A program made the translations under genes and the position numbers. This document shows positions 1 through 12,524 of a stretch of DNA of 64,000 nucleotides, one piece after another. Within the stretch, counting starts at the first letter, position 1. Each line of letters opens with the position of its first letter. This DNA comes from Vicugna vicugna (taxonomy: Eukaryota). The notes under the pieces are model-generated. The model did not search any database. It was not told the DNA's origin and saw nothing but the letters and a program-made list of their open reading frames with translations. Location: positions 310,001 through 374,000 of the forward strand of contig MU059829.1 of assembly GCA_013265495.1 (NCBI GenBank), read 5' to 3'.

Positions 1-1199
1 AGGTACGTTCAACATGGCAGAAACAAATGTCAGTGTACCCCTCTCTTCAGTTTGCCCAAACAATATCAAGATAAAACACTCCAGTTGCTGCCAGCACCTA
101 AACCTTCCACGAGCACACGGTTAGCGGTGATAATACTATTTGTGGCTAGAAGCACGGGGAGGAGGTGGATTATGTGCAAAATTGTTCTTCCATTAAGCCC
201 CCATCCGTGGTGCGTATCAGGTTTTCTTCCCAGCAGCTGTTGTCCTCAGACTGGAGAACACAGATTGCTGATTCCATTCCTTGCATGGATTCGTGGCCTT
301 TTTTAAACCTACTCTGGCTTTGGGTAGAGATGGAACGTGGTGTTAACAAAGTGGGTAAAGAGAAAGAAAGGACGAGAAGAGTGTCAGTTTGTGAGAATAG
401 TAAACACTAACCCAGGTCTTGGTTTTGTGCCAGGGGCGGTTTAAAATGTGTACAATTATACACTCGTTTAATCCTGGCAGAGCCCTGATGCTGCAGGCGC
501 TATTGGTTAGTAGATCTGTTTTTGCCTTCCCTGTTTGGTGTTCACCGGTTTCGCTCTGTCTGCCTCCGGCGTTAGCTAGCAACACCGCACGTGGGAGGAG
601 CACAGGCAGGAAGCGGACACTCCCGGCTCCGGCCCGTGCCTGGTAGCGCCCTGGGTGGGCGACTCTGAGGACTCCACCTACCCTCTCTCACCTTCAGGTT
701 CCTTATCTGCAAAACGGAGGCGTTAGGCGAGATTCGTGGGTTTCGAATCCTCTTTTTTAAGCCATTGACCTTTTTTTGTTTTGTGGTGGTCCGGAAGCTC
801 AGATTATAATCTGCTGGGGTGGATGCTGCCCTGTCTGAAGACAGAGCCCGTGCTTAGAGGCTGCGCTCGAGGTGGCTCTATTGGACAGATGGGGCTCTTT
901 GAAGCCGTTGGTAAATCACTAAGGTAGATGATACCCTACGTCCACTCTGAGCTCTGAAACGCTGTGATTCCTTCACGTTGTGTTGGCCAGTGGTGAAGCC
1001 TTTTTGTACAAGAGAAGCTTTGAACACACAGAACCCAAGTTACTCTTTGTGAATTGATCACACCCATGACCTCACCTGCCCTATTCAGGAACACAGAGAA
1101 TGTCCTGAACTGAGCTGCTCAGAACAGCTGTTGTGAGTCACCAAATAACATGGAATTACAGTGATTTTAGAACAGTCCCTGTTCTTGCAAAGAAATTTG

Positions 1200-1860
1200 T
1201 ACTTATTCACTTCAAGGATCACCCAAGGTCACTAGAGCACATTGACTTAGGAGCCATAGTTTGCTGTCCTCTGATACAGAGCATGTTCACTGCCCTCGGT
1301 AAAATTACTGTAGAAATCATCATTAAAATGCAACAAGAAAAAAACTCATTATATTTGGAAATTAAGAAAATATCTTTTAGTCACTCATAGGTCAAGAAAT
1401 CAAAATGATGAAAAGAACAACACAGTCAACTTCCACAGACTACAGGAAAGAAATGACAAAGCTGCAAGTAGAAATGAATAAAGTAACTTTTTATCAACAA
1501 ATTACAAACAAAGCTAAAAGATGATCTGTTGAAAAACTAATACGTTAGTGTACCTCTGTCAAAACACAGCCGCAAATAACAGCAGATGGAATTCAGGAGA
1601 ACATAACAGCAGATGTTCTGAAATTTTTACAGTGAGTGGTTATCACGTAACAACTGAATGCCCGCAATTTTGACTGTTTAGATGAAATGGACAATTACCT
1701 AAAGTATACAACTTGTCAAAGCTGAGGGTTTTTTAAAGAAATGAAGAGCCTAAATAGTCCCAAAGTCACTCACATGGATATAATCACTACTTTTTAAACT
1801 TCCTCAAAGAAATTCCAAGAGTGGATGATTTAACCAGCGGCTCCCACCAAGCACTGTAGG
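1200..1860 (+). mobile_element. Old LINE-1 ORF2 fragment (endonuclease end / linker), decayed
   Basis: L1-like motifs: atatttggaaattaag, ttagatgaaatggacaa..tacaact; stops in all frames. Confidence 0.7.
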
Positions 1861-2310
1861 CAGAAGTATCTCTAGTAGGTAAACCTTGACAGAGGAGAAA
1901 ATAAGAGACTAGTCCCCAGTTCAGCTCACGGAGTCCGTGCCCACTACCTGTGGTGTCTTTGTGCAGTGTCACCTTACTGCAGGGTGCCAGCTTAGTTATG
2001 CTGAACTGCTTCCCAGAATCACCCTCCCGTTACAGCCCATGGTGACTTCAAGTCCAGCATACGTGTGAAGGCAGCATCCTCTCAGGGACTTCGTAGCCTG
2101 CGGCTGTGGGAGGAATGACTGGTATCAGAAACCCCGCATTCCATGTGTGACAGTCAGAGGGATCGAAATGTGACGGATACACTACCAGAACTTGAAAAGG
2201 CAGTACAAGAAAGGGAGATTACAAGCCAATCTCACCCATGAATGTAGCTGCAAAAATCACATATGGAATATCAGCAACCAAGTCTAGCAGGAGGCATCTT
2301 TTTTCTTTCT

Positions 2311-2404
2311 TTAAAAAAATTTTTTCAGTGGAGGTGCTGGGAATTGAACCTGGGGCCTCATGCATGCTAAGCATGCACTCCATCACTGAGCCACACCCAT
2401 CTTT
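2311..2404 (-). mobile_element. tRNA-Ala-derived SINE (camelid Vic-type)
   Basis: Reverse complement reads ..gtggctcagtgatggagtgcatgcttagcatgcatgaggccccaggttcaattcccagcacctcc + A-rich tail. Confidence 0.85.
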
Positions 2405-3559
2405 CCCTCGAGAGGAATTATTTCTCTAAAAACTCTCTTGTAAAAAGGTTTCCTATTTGAAATAACATCCATGCTCATCAATTGAGGAGAAAGACAATAT
2501 CCTGTTAGGAGACAGCCTTGCTTTTGCAGAAGCACACATTCAGATCTGCAAAAGTCACCTCGGAATTATTTTGAAGCAGATCCCAAACATACCACGTAGT
2601 CCATAAAGAGAAAATGGACTGGACGATGGGCAGGAAGGAGGTCGGGAGAACAGGGAGTGACTGGTACGCTGCAGTGACGGACAGTCACGGGCCAGGCCTT
2701 TGACTCAGGAAAGGAATGTATGTGGACGAAATCAAGGGAATTTGGCAGGAAAAACTGGCCTGATGAAGTAACAGATTGGTTTACGCACCCTTCCTCATCC
2801 ACATCTGAAGGCCCTGGGGTGATGACAAAGCCATCAAAGCACCTCCAGGCTGAGGCATGATAGTGCGGTATTACACATGCGGGAACTGTCATCCGTTCTT
2901 TGTCTGTTAAGGAAAAAACTTAGGTAAAATTCAGCTTGCGCTGAATTCAGTTCAACTCAGCAAACCTCAGGACTGTCCAAATCAGCCGGCTCCATCACCG
3001 CTGGAGAAACCTTCCAGAACCTAGGGGCCACTGATGAGGACGTAGGAGAGACGTCCATGCTTCCAAAATATTGCTGCTTCCAATTACTTCACAGATCGTG
3101 GCTTCTTGCTTTTTTAAAAAAATTTCCTCACTTGTAACATTTTAAGTGTCTTCTAAATTTTTGACTTTTACATGAAAACGGCTGGTCTGTTACATTTTAT
3201 GTGAACGAGCACTTCTTTGCAGCCAGCAGACTCACCTGTGACATGGGAGTGACGTCACGGAGCTTGCGACGCTCCCGCTGCAGGGTTTCTTGTTGCTGCT
3301 TTTTCGTGGGCTGTTTTTGTTTGGCAGCTAATTTTGTTTTGCTTTTCTTACGAAGTAGCAAAGTTGCCTCTGGTGTACCAAGGACTGGCTCGTATGCAGA
3401 GTAGTTACTGAACAACTAATGATCCACGCCTATCTGTGTGGTTTACCAGTAACTGAAGCGCTGGAGGGTTTTAAATTTGCTTTTTAACTTCAGTACTAGA
3501 TCGAAAGAGAAGATTTGATGAAGAGAGCGTGAATGATACACTAGTAAGAATGAGTCATA

Positions 3560-3760
3560 AAAACTAATATTGATGGGGGCGCACTGTGTGCCAGGCATTG
3601 TTCTGATTTGTGTAGTAATTCATTCACTTAACAGAAATCCTGTGAGGTGGGGTTGTTACCCCACTTTCCAGATAAGGAAATTGAGGTTCATAGAAATTAA
3701 GTAGCTTTCCCAAGGTAACAAATTTAGTATTTGGCTGAACTAGGAAACGACCCAGCTTTG
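3560..3760 (-). mobile_element. MIR SINE
   Basis: MIR core reversed: cctgtgaggtgggg..ccactttccagataaggaaattgagg..cccaaggtaaca. Confidence 0.8.
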
Positions 3761-4569
3761 GTAGCTGGATTGCAGAGTGGAGGCTCCCTAGTAAGACACT
3801 AATATTGGAACGAGCAGATCTATTAGAAAGTGGCTCTGCGGAGGTCTGTTAGATCAAATGGAGCTAATTGCTGATGCAAGTGAAATTGGTAAAAACAAAA
3901 ACAAAAAGCAGTCACATCAATGAGAGTTTAAAATCTTTTGTTTCTCTATATTGTGGTTAAAAAAATAAAATCAGCAATTTTTAAAGGCAATATATATACT
4001 TCTTCTAAATATATGTTTCACAGAAGTCTGGAGAAATATCAAGTCCTGTTTTCAAAACCAGAATCACGATCCTTGGTTAGACTTCCCTTGTTTACTTTTT
4101 TCTTTCACAGCGGCATCCTTCATCTTGGTATCTTTCCAGTGATTTCGCAGCTTACACGCGAGCCAAATGCTTTCAAAGACACCACGCTAAGAATAACAGC
4201 AACAGCGAAAATAGTTTTTGCCTTACTCTTCCACAGAGTTCTTCTGGGCTTCAGAGAATCTCAGTGATGAAAATACACTATGATAACACCGTGTCCTCTT
4301 TACTGAGAATCACTGTTTACCGCTTACGACTTATTAATCTTCATTGAAAATTACATGTAAATCAGATAATTTATGGGTATCTCCAGCAGTGAAGGGGCAC
4401 CACTGCAACCCAGCTATGGGATCTCTGCGTTTGTCATGACTTGAAGAGCTTGTGATTGATTCCCAGAGGTACAGAGGTCACTCAGGCAGTGATTGCGTTT
4501 CACACAATTCTAAGATGCCTCTGAGGAGTTTAAGGATCAAGTGGGCGGCGACCATCCTTTTGTCTTTCT

Positions 4570-4640
4570 GTCTCCAGGACATAGCGCTTGGTAGGCACCG
4601 AATAAAAACCGAATGAATGGGTGAGTGAATGAATGGATGA
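4570..4640 (+). mobile_element. L2 3' end fragment
   Basis: gcttggtaggcaccgaataaaaaccgaatgaatg..gaatgaatg tail. Confidence 0.55.
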
Positions 4641-6039
4641 CATCTTGCCTCCTTTACTCGTTCACTACATCCATTCGTGACACAACTAGAAATTGATGTA
4701 CTTTAGTAGAGATTATGCTAGTCTCTAATGGCTTAATAAGCATTTACGTATTTTGAATTAAAGTTGCATTTTATGATTTTCTTTCTACATACAGGGATTC
4801 TTTGTGTCTTTAAAAAAAATCACTTACATCATTCGGTATAGTTTAAAATAGTCCAAATTCAAGGACATCTTTTATAACATCATACCAGATGTTTTAAACA
4901 GTTTGAGATTTTAGCTCTCAATATTAACAAACATTTGGGTTTGGTAGAAATCACCTGTAAAGACAGCTAAAGGAGACTGACTCCTTATTGTTAAGCTTCC
5001 TGGACAATGGGGACAGGTATATTTTCTCAATAGAAGCCCCTTGCCATCTGTTTCAGAGTCTACCATGAAAATATGTTTTGTGCAGGCATATGTATTTTTA
5101 TTTCAAACTATATTTAACTGGAAGTTTTTTATGCTTATAGCTTTTTTCATCATACCCCCTAAAGTTGGTAAAATTGGAAAGACCTTGTATGATATTTATT
5201 CTCAAAGCTGTGCGCACACAAGCTAATAAAATATCCTTCACACAGCCCTTAGCCAGCGCTGTTATATGCATGGTCTTGTAATGATACCAACCATATTTTC
5301 ACTAATTGGGATACTTCAGACCCCTGTGCTGTCTCCTAAGCATTCATTTCCAACTAAGAGAGGAGCTGTCATGGACCACAAGATGCCCCTGTAGGTTTCC
5401 CAGCAACCTTTATACAGGACGTGAATGACCCTTGAAGCAAGGGTCAACTGTTAGGTAACAATCCCTCTGCTTTTCCCAAGAGCCTCGGGTCAGGTGTGCC
5501 CTCAGACCCCATCTGCCCCACTCCCCATCACTAGGCCAGTAGATGTAGGTACTCATGTTTAGATAAAACAACCCACAGTAAAATGGAGCAAGGGTGGGGC
5601 TCACAGATGGCTCTTAAGAGCTATACGTATGCCTGGTTTTGTAAAGAAACCTCCAGCAAGGCTGCCGCCAAGAACTGAACAATGGTCTTTTCCAGATGCG
5701 GCTTTGCAAGGGTGGAAATTTGGCACTGACAGGTAAAGGGCTCTCCCATGGCTCTGGGCTGGCTTAGGGTGATGGTTGTATCTTGTACCGAGTGAGGCCT
5801 TGGCACTTTAGAGAAAACAAACTTTTTTTTTAAAGGATGGGAATTCTATATTTTTTAAAAAGAAGTTTAGAAAACGGAGAGACCACAGATTTTTTGCCCC
5901 AAAATAAGGGATTTAAAGGTTAGATCGATTTAGGTATCATTATAGAAGGCAGTTTATGAACCGGTGGCTCTTTAGAACATTAAAATTGCCCACCTGTGTA
6001 TGCTGACCTGTTGGAATGACTGTTTTCGTGGGACTAAGA

Positions 6040-6240
6040 CGTGGTCGTTATGATTAAACAAGTTTGCATCTTTTAGAAATACCTACAGAAATATTTATGG
6101 ATGAAACGATAATGAGATTTGCTTCAAAATAATTGTAGGGATGGGGTGGGGAGGGACGTAGGTGGGTTGCAGGTGAAACAAGACTCACTGTGAATTGGTA
6201 ACTGTTGAACTGAGCGGTGGATGGTGTACACGTTTGAAAT
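6040..6240 (+). mobile_element. L1M (MC/MD-type) 3' fragment
   Basis: gaaatatttatggatgaaa..gatttgcttcaaaataat..ggtgaaacaagact. Confidence 0.65.
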
Positions 6241-9169
6241 ACGCTGTAGTCATTAAGTGGGCAAAAGTGCCAACCCGATCCGGGATCATCTTGATCTCCT
6301 TTTTCTGACCGTGGAGGAACCCCATGCCCTCAGTCCCCCAACTCAGTAATACACCCTCCGGAATCTTGACCTGTGGATTACTCACTCATTAGGTTAGCTT
6401 TTGGGCGCAGTGGGCTCCTAAAGTTTGTAATTGTTTGTGTAAACGAAAAGTTTACGTTTGTATTCCAAATTTAGCTTTTAAAACTCTCAGAAGGTGATGC
6501 AACTTTTTAGTGTTGCAGAATTTCTTGAAAAAGTTTACTCTCATCTAACTGCCTTGTGTGGTTATGTACATTTCTATCATAAATCCTTCTTAGATTTCAA
6601 CTTTCCATTTTGAAGTATCTGTGAGTGTTAGGATTTCTCTCCTGTAGAATGCCTCCATCTCTGATGATTTCCAGAGTCCTTCTGTGAAGCTTTTCCAACC
6701 TTAACATCACTCAATCACTGAGGATTGATTACCAGACCAAACATAGGTCCCCGTGTTTTCAGACACATTAGCGTTGTTAAAATAGAAATAGAATGGCTCC
6801 TGGAAGTAGAATTGCCCTGTTTCATCTCCCACATCCTTCCTACAGGGTTTAACGTTTCATTTAGCCTGCATGGGTAGTAATGTGATGCCATCTCCAAACT
6901 ATAATATAGCTTAGAGATGTTTTCTGAGGCATTTTCCGAGTCCATTATCTTCTATGAAATATAATTTTTATATTTTGCCTTAGTGGTTTATCTACTACTG
7001 GTTTGCTTTAAAACTTCTGCCTCCTCACAGACACTGATGCAGTTTCAAAATCCACGTTTGTACTTGCCCTAGGGAAGATGCTAGATTCTTCTATATATCT
7101 AGAGATTTCACGGTGCATTCTTATTTATACCATCATAGATACCCAGCATTTCAATGATTTTGTCCCAAGAAGATTCACTTCACTGAGCATTTTTAATGAA
7201 ATCATACAGCTGAGCCTAACCGATTCAATCTTCTGTTCCTTATTTTTTCCAGTAAATTAACTGAAACATTTTCCTTCAATTCCATGGAGTTGCTTTTTAA
7301 AATTATTTATACTTTTGATGTATTTAAAAATTTTTGGAAGAAGTAATTGTGATCTCCTCAGTCTGATTATTTGTGTGAGTTATTTCATGTATTCTGTAGG
7401 CCAGCACACATCTCAGTTAACCAAGTAAGTGGTTATGGTCAAATCCAGTGCCGTCCCCTTCCTCCACTGCCCTGGAAATTTGCTTATCATCTCCCATGAA
7501 CTACAGAAAGTCCTCTTGATGTGTTCTTGGGAATTCCATACTCAGGTCACTCTCTGACATTGTTTCGCAGTTCCCATTATAACAGGTGCAGTGGTAGACC
7601 TGCTGAACAACAGATGTATGTGCCCAGAGTGCACACAGCCTAGTGGAGGGGACAGATGTAGAAACAGACCATTGTAAGACCAGGTGTCCAAAATTATTAA
7701 GACCAAAAAATGCCCCAATTCGCATAATAAAGCATCCTGTTAAAACTAGTATGTTATTATTATAATAACTAATGCTATTATTTTATAATAAAAGAAAAAT
7801 AAATGCAAAGCCAAAAAGTCAAAAGCTTAAAATTGGAAACAAAGTTAGTATTTGCTTTTACTATGTGGCTCCTCACCCACCCTTAATGGGTACCAACTGG
7901 GGACGAAGAACCCATGGTCAATGACAGCTGGCTCCTGTAAATACCCTGGACTGAACCAGCCCCTTCCTTGCTCACCCTTCAGGGTTTTCTCACCACTTAG
8001 GAATGTCCCCTTTCCACTGAGCTGGCCCCGAGCCCCAGTTTTATTGGGAATGCCTGGCCTCCTTTGTGCTAATATAATATTATGGGAAAGCTTCCCAAAG
8101 CTCACATACCACATTGCCCTTTGTATGTTAGTCCTAGACTCTGGATCAAAGAATATGAGAGCCAGAAAAGCCCCATCTTCTCCGAGCATCTCATTTTATA
8201 GAAAAGGAGACTGAGGTATCATCATGCTATTTGCCCCAGGTCACATAGTTCCTAGGATTAGAAATTAATCCAAGATAAGGAAAAGATATTCTTGGTATTC
8301 ACCCATGATAACTTTGAAGTAAGTACTGGCAGTGTTAATACGGCAGCGGATAGCAACAGGGAGTGTGTGGGAAGTGACTCCACTCCTGAGATGGTCTTTA
8401 TCTTACCCAGCTCCGGAAGGGAAGCCAATACCCCAGTAATTTTTTTCTGTGTATACCAACAGAAGGTAGAGCCTAATAAATCGTGATTTTAAAATGTAGA
8501 TAATAGAGTCTGTGACCATTCTTCATCTAGACCAATCTCTGTAGGTTAATACCGTGTAACAGGATCACCAGCTCAGTTAATCCTCGGAGCCCTGTCTGGT
8601 TCAGTGCCGGCTCCGACTTGTGGACCGTGTGCCTCCTTCGACTTGACGCACCAGCAAAAAAAAACAGGCACAGGCTCCGTTTTTCCTCTCTTCTCTCCAG
8701 CTACTCTTTCCTCTGCCTTTTAGGGTGAAAAATCTCCGCTGTTCTTTAAATTGACTGCTGACGTCTTTTGGTCCAGAAATGACCTCCAGAAAAATCACAA
8801 TAGGGAGCTATGTCTATATAAATAAGAGGACTGTAATTCTGTAGGGAAGCCAGCTCTAAACTTAGATCCTTACAAGATGAAAACATGAGCTAGCTCCCAG
8901 CTGACCCTAATGCACATGCACTATTTATTCCTGAGGATGGAGGAGGCAGGCTAACTGTCACTGATCACCGCTGAGCCTCCTGGCTGCAGCGTCGTCTGTT
9001 GCTGTCTTCAGTGGGCGATTTTGCATCGGATTGATCTGTAGACAATTCAGACAGGCTTTCATGTCTTAAGACAGCTCCTTTCTGTTCTGTTTCCGACCGG
9101 GAAAGGTGATTTTACACTTTTTTTTTTTTAACTTTCTATATCACGCAAATAGTTAAATACTTCTGGCGG

Positions 9170-9195
9170 CAGCTGAGTTTCCACTTTAAAAATAG
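9170..9195 (+). promoter_or_regulatory. Paired myogenic E-box (CAGCTG 9170-9175) and MEF2 site (TTAAAAATAG 9186-9195) in ASB5 intron 1
   Basis: Exact consensus matches 10 bp apart; ASB5 is muscle-enriched; function not shown. Confidence 0.4.
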
Positions 9196-10949
9196 AAAAG
9201 CTCCTTATTGCTTTTCTGGCCCAGCCCCCACACCTACCAACCCAGCTTCCAGGGTTTCTGCACAGAGTTCAATGTGAAGGCCCTCCTCCCGTTAGCACAG
9301 AGGGATCTCTGTGAAAGTCTGAAGGGGAGGAAAGAGCAGTTAGAAACCCAGTCGCTGACATCTCTTCCGGCTGGAGCCCTTGCCCTGTGACACCCGGTGG
9401 TCCAGGCCGGGACGTCAACCACACGATGCCCGCAGACATTGCTGTTGGAGGGACCTGCATTAAGCAGATCCTCCCGAAAAGAAGGCTAGCGAGTGTAGAA
9501 GAATGTTCTTCTAAGCGAAAAGCTAGCTGGGGTGTTCTGACCAGTCAAGGTTAGTAGAGCAGCCCTCGCAAATCTGTGGGTGCCCTAAAATAAACGGTGT
9601 TGACCTGTTTTTGCAAATACTAACTTGGAAGCTGGGCGCTTTCCAGAACGCGGACTCTGACATGTTCGAGGTATGGCATGGCCAACGGCTGCACTGTGTC
9701 TGCACTTCACAGCGTTTGGAAAAGGTACCTGCTGACTCAACTCCCGTGACTGTGTGTTAAACACCTGGGTAAACTCGCAGGCTCTGGGTTGTTTACCTTT
9801 CCGGTTTAGAAGGTGTTTCTGAGTTGGCGCAGGAACAAGAAAAGCAGCTATTAAGCAAGAAAAGACTGTTTCTAAGCAATTAAATATAGAAATTTTGAAT
9901 CATTTGAATTGAACCCTGAAGTAGGTTTGGCGATGTAGGCAGGAAAATGAATGGAAACACTTCCTTAAATCACTCTGAAACAGAGGTCTTAGTTTTAATA
10001 ACAGAAAATGCGAAAACGATAGAGGAGAATGAGTGTTGTACCAAGGAGCTGTGTAAGGAGATTATTCTTAAAAGAATAACCTAAGTGTAAATTTTAGTAG
10101 ACCGTCAAAATGGTCAATGGTCAACTTAAAGGTTGAACACGCAGATTTAGAGATAAAAATGATCCCCTGCTACCCCGAAAACCCTAAGAGCTGTATTTGC
10201 TATATAATGGTTGGGGTCTGAATATTATTTAGAAACGGTTATAAGTTTTTAGAACATGCAAAGCATATTTTCAAATAGGATAAAATGTTATCATTTCTTT
10301 AAAAGACTGAGAAAGGAATCTGATGCCCCTCCGCCCACCGCAGTAGACGTCTCCTTCTAATTACTTTTTAACAACACAATTATCAGGAAGGATTAAGAGC
10401 AAATTAGCTCGGGTGAAAAGTGGGTGATTACACAGAAGAGGGGTTAACGGTGCGATGAGCGTTACTGAGTTCTTACTCTTTGTGGGCTGCGCTGGGAGCA
10501 AGACAGCCGTAGTAAAGAGTCGTCACTCTCAGCATCCTTAACGTCCAGGAGGAACACAGGCAGTCGCTGTAGAACAAAGGTCATTCTGTCGTTTCTCACA
10601 CGAAGAGTCAGTTACCTAAATATGCACTTGACCGGGGGTAAGAACAACGTCACAGAGTTGGACACGGTGGCAAAAAATTTAAAAATAAGTACATTAATTC
10701 ACCTGGATGCGTCGCACACATCTTCAGTGAAGATAGACTCCAGAGGAAGTTGAGGATAAGCTATAAAATTATGTTAAAAATCAAATTTTGTGTGAAGAAA
10801 AATTGTTTTACACAAGCTTCTTTGACACAGCTTAAATATATTGAAAATATAATAATAATAATAATAAAAAGAAATGCTCTATGCTTTGATTAAAAAAAGA
10901 CAAAGTCCTGGCAAACTTTCATTAGGTTTCACTTAGGTTTTTCCAGCAC

Positions 10950-11420
10950 TCTTGATGAGAATGTCAGCAAAGCCAGCCTTGCTGGAGGTAATTTGATGAC
11001 ATATATTGAAATTTTAAGAATTTACCCTAAGAAGGTAGACACATTTGCAAAGATAAGAAATAATGTCGATTCTCCCAAACTAAAAGCCACCTAAACATCA
11101 TTTAGTAGAGGATTAACTAAGTAAATACCAGTGCACCTATGCAATGACCTACAATTCTACAGTAGTTTAAATCGCTAGTGTATAATATATCTGTTACTTA
11201 GAATATTGTAGAGTTGCATTTTGTGAAATGGAACAATGACCATGTGATACCCATAAATGAAAGCGAGGGGTTAAAAGCAATATGAATAATAGGGTTGCAT
11301 CTTGATTTAAAAAAAATGTGTATTTAGAAAGAAACAGTTGAGAAGAATATACAGGTGTTTGTAATGGTTCTATTTGGAAGATAGCACTGTGATTTTTTTG
11401 TGCATTTTATAATTTATTTA
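10950..11420 (+). mobile_element. L1ME-type 3' fragment
   Basis: Degenerate L1 3' end similarity (ccacctaaacatc..gtagaggatt..aagtaaat). Confidence 0.5.
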
Positions 11421-11782
11421 CTGTCCTGTTTAATGCACCACGTTTATAATGCACCACGTATATAAGACGCGGTGCAGCTCTGGGGCTGTTGCTGTAGTGC
11501 AGCTACCATTTCAGACAGGCGTTGTTACGCTATGAGAATGCAGGAAGCAGAATTCCGCGGTTCTCACTTTCGGGAGGTAACTCTCCTTTAATCAGCACGT
11601 CAGTTCGTCACGATACTCCTCATGAACGCGTTACGCGTCGACAGCCCGCAGAGTGCCCTGTGAATTCTGGGCTTGAAGGGAGACTATTGTATCATAAAAT
11701 TTCATGGAACCGTCAAAAGAGCTGAGTTTGCTTCATGCTTTATCAGTTACAGCTTGTAACTTGAGGCAAATTGTTCCATCTC

Positions 11783-12166
11783 TGTCTCCGCCTGCTCGGG
11801 CAGCCATCATAAAACCCACAGACTGGGGGCTTAAACTACAAAAGTTCACTTTCTCACAGCCTCGGAGGCTGGCAGGTCCAAGATCAAGTTGTCAGTACGG
11901 TCAGCCTTTGGTCAGAGGCCCCTTCCCAGCTCTAGAGAACCGCCTTGTCGCCGCGTGCTCGTGTGGCCTTTCCTTGGCGCCTGATTGGGGTGGGGGGGGT
12001 CTCTCTTTCTTTTTTCACAAGGCTACTGGCCCTGTCAGATTAGGGCCCCATCCTCATGGCCTCATTTAACTGAATTACCTCCTAAAGCCCTGTCTCCAGA
12101 CACACACTGAGTGTTAGGGCTTCAGCATTAGCATTTGGGGCAGGAGCAGGGGAGACAGTTCAGTCC
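11783..12166 (-). mobile_element. MaLR solo LTR (MLT1B-like)
   Basis: cacagactgggggcttaaac..ctcacagcctcggaggctggcaggtccaagatcaag..attaggcccc..gttagggcttcagca. Confidence 0.85.
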
Positions 12167-12524
12167 TGCTTTAATCCATTCAGGCTGTCTTAACAAAACA
12201 CCACAGACAGGTCAGTTTAGAAACAATGGAAGTCTATTTCTCACGGTCCCGGAGGCTGACAGTCCCGACTCACAGTGCCCGCTCCTGAGGTCGTGTTCTG
12301 GTAAAGACCCTCTTGCGGGCTCAGTGTTGCCCCTCCTCCCTGTGTCCCCACGTGGTGAGGGGCCAAGGATCTCTCTGGAACCCTTTATAAGGCTCTAACC
12401 CATGCATTGGGCTCCACGCTCATGGCTTAAGTACCTCCCAGATTCTCCGTCTCCTAAGACCATCATGCTGGGCATTAGGATTTCAACCTAATAACTTTGG
12501 GGGAACACAGTTCAGTCCATAGCA
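12167..12524 (-). mobile_element. MaLR solo LTR (MLT1A/A0-like), abutting the previous LTR
   Basis: tccattcaggctg..aacaaaacaccacagac..ttataaggctctaacccat..attaggatttcaac..cagtccatagca. Confidence 0.85.

Noticed and set aside
6480-7350. Possible retroelement RT C-terminal motif on the minus strand (LLEKIRNRRLN)
   Set aside because: Too short and degenerate to assign a family by eye; needs RepeatMasker.
11431-11462. 16-bp tandem duplication (similar small ones at 33474-33505 and 54293-54312)
   Set aside because: Ordinary slippage duplications, not an array; nothing CRISPR-like in this mammalian DNA.
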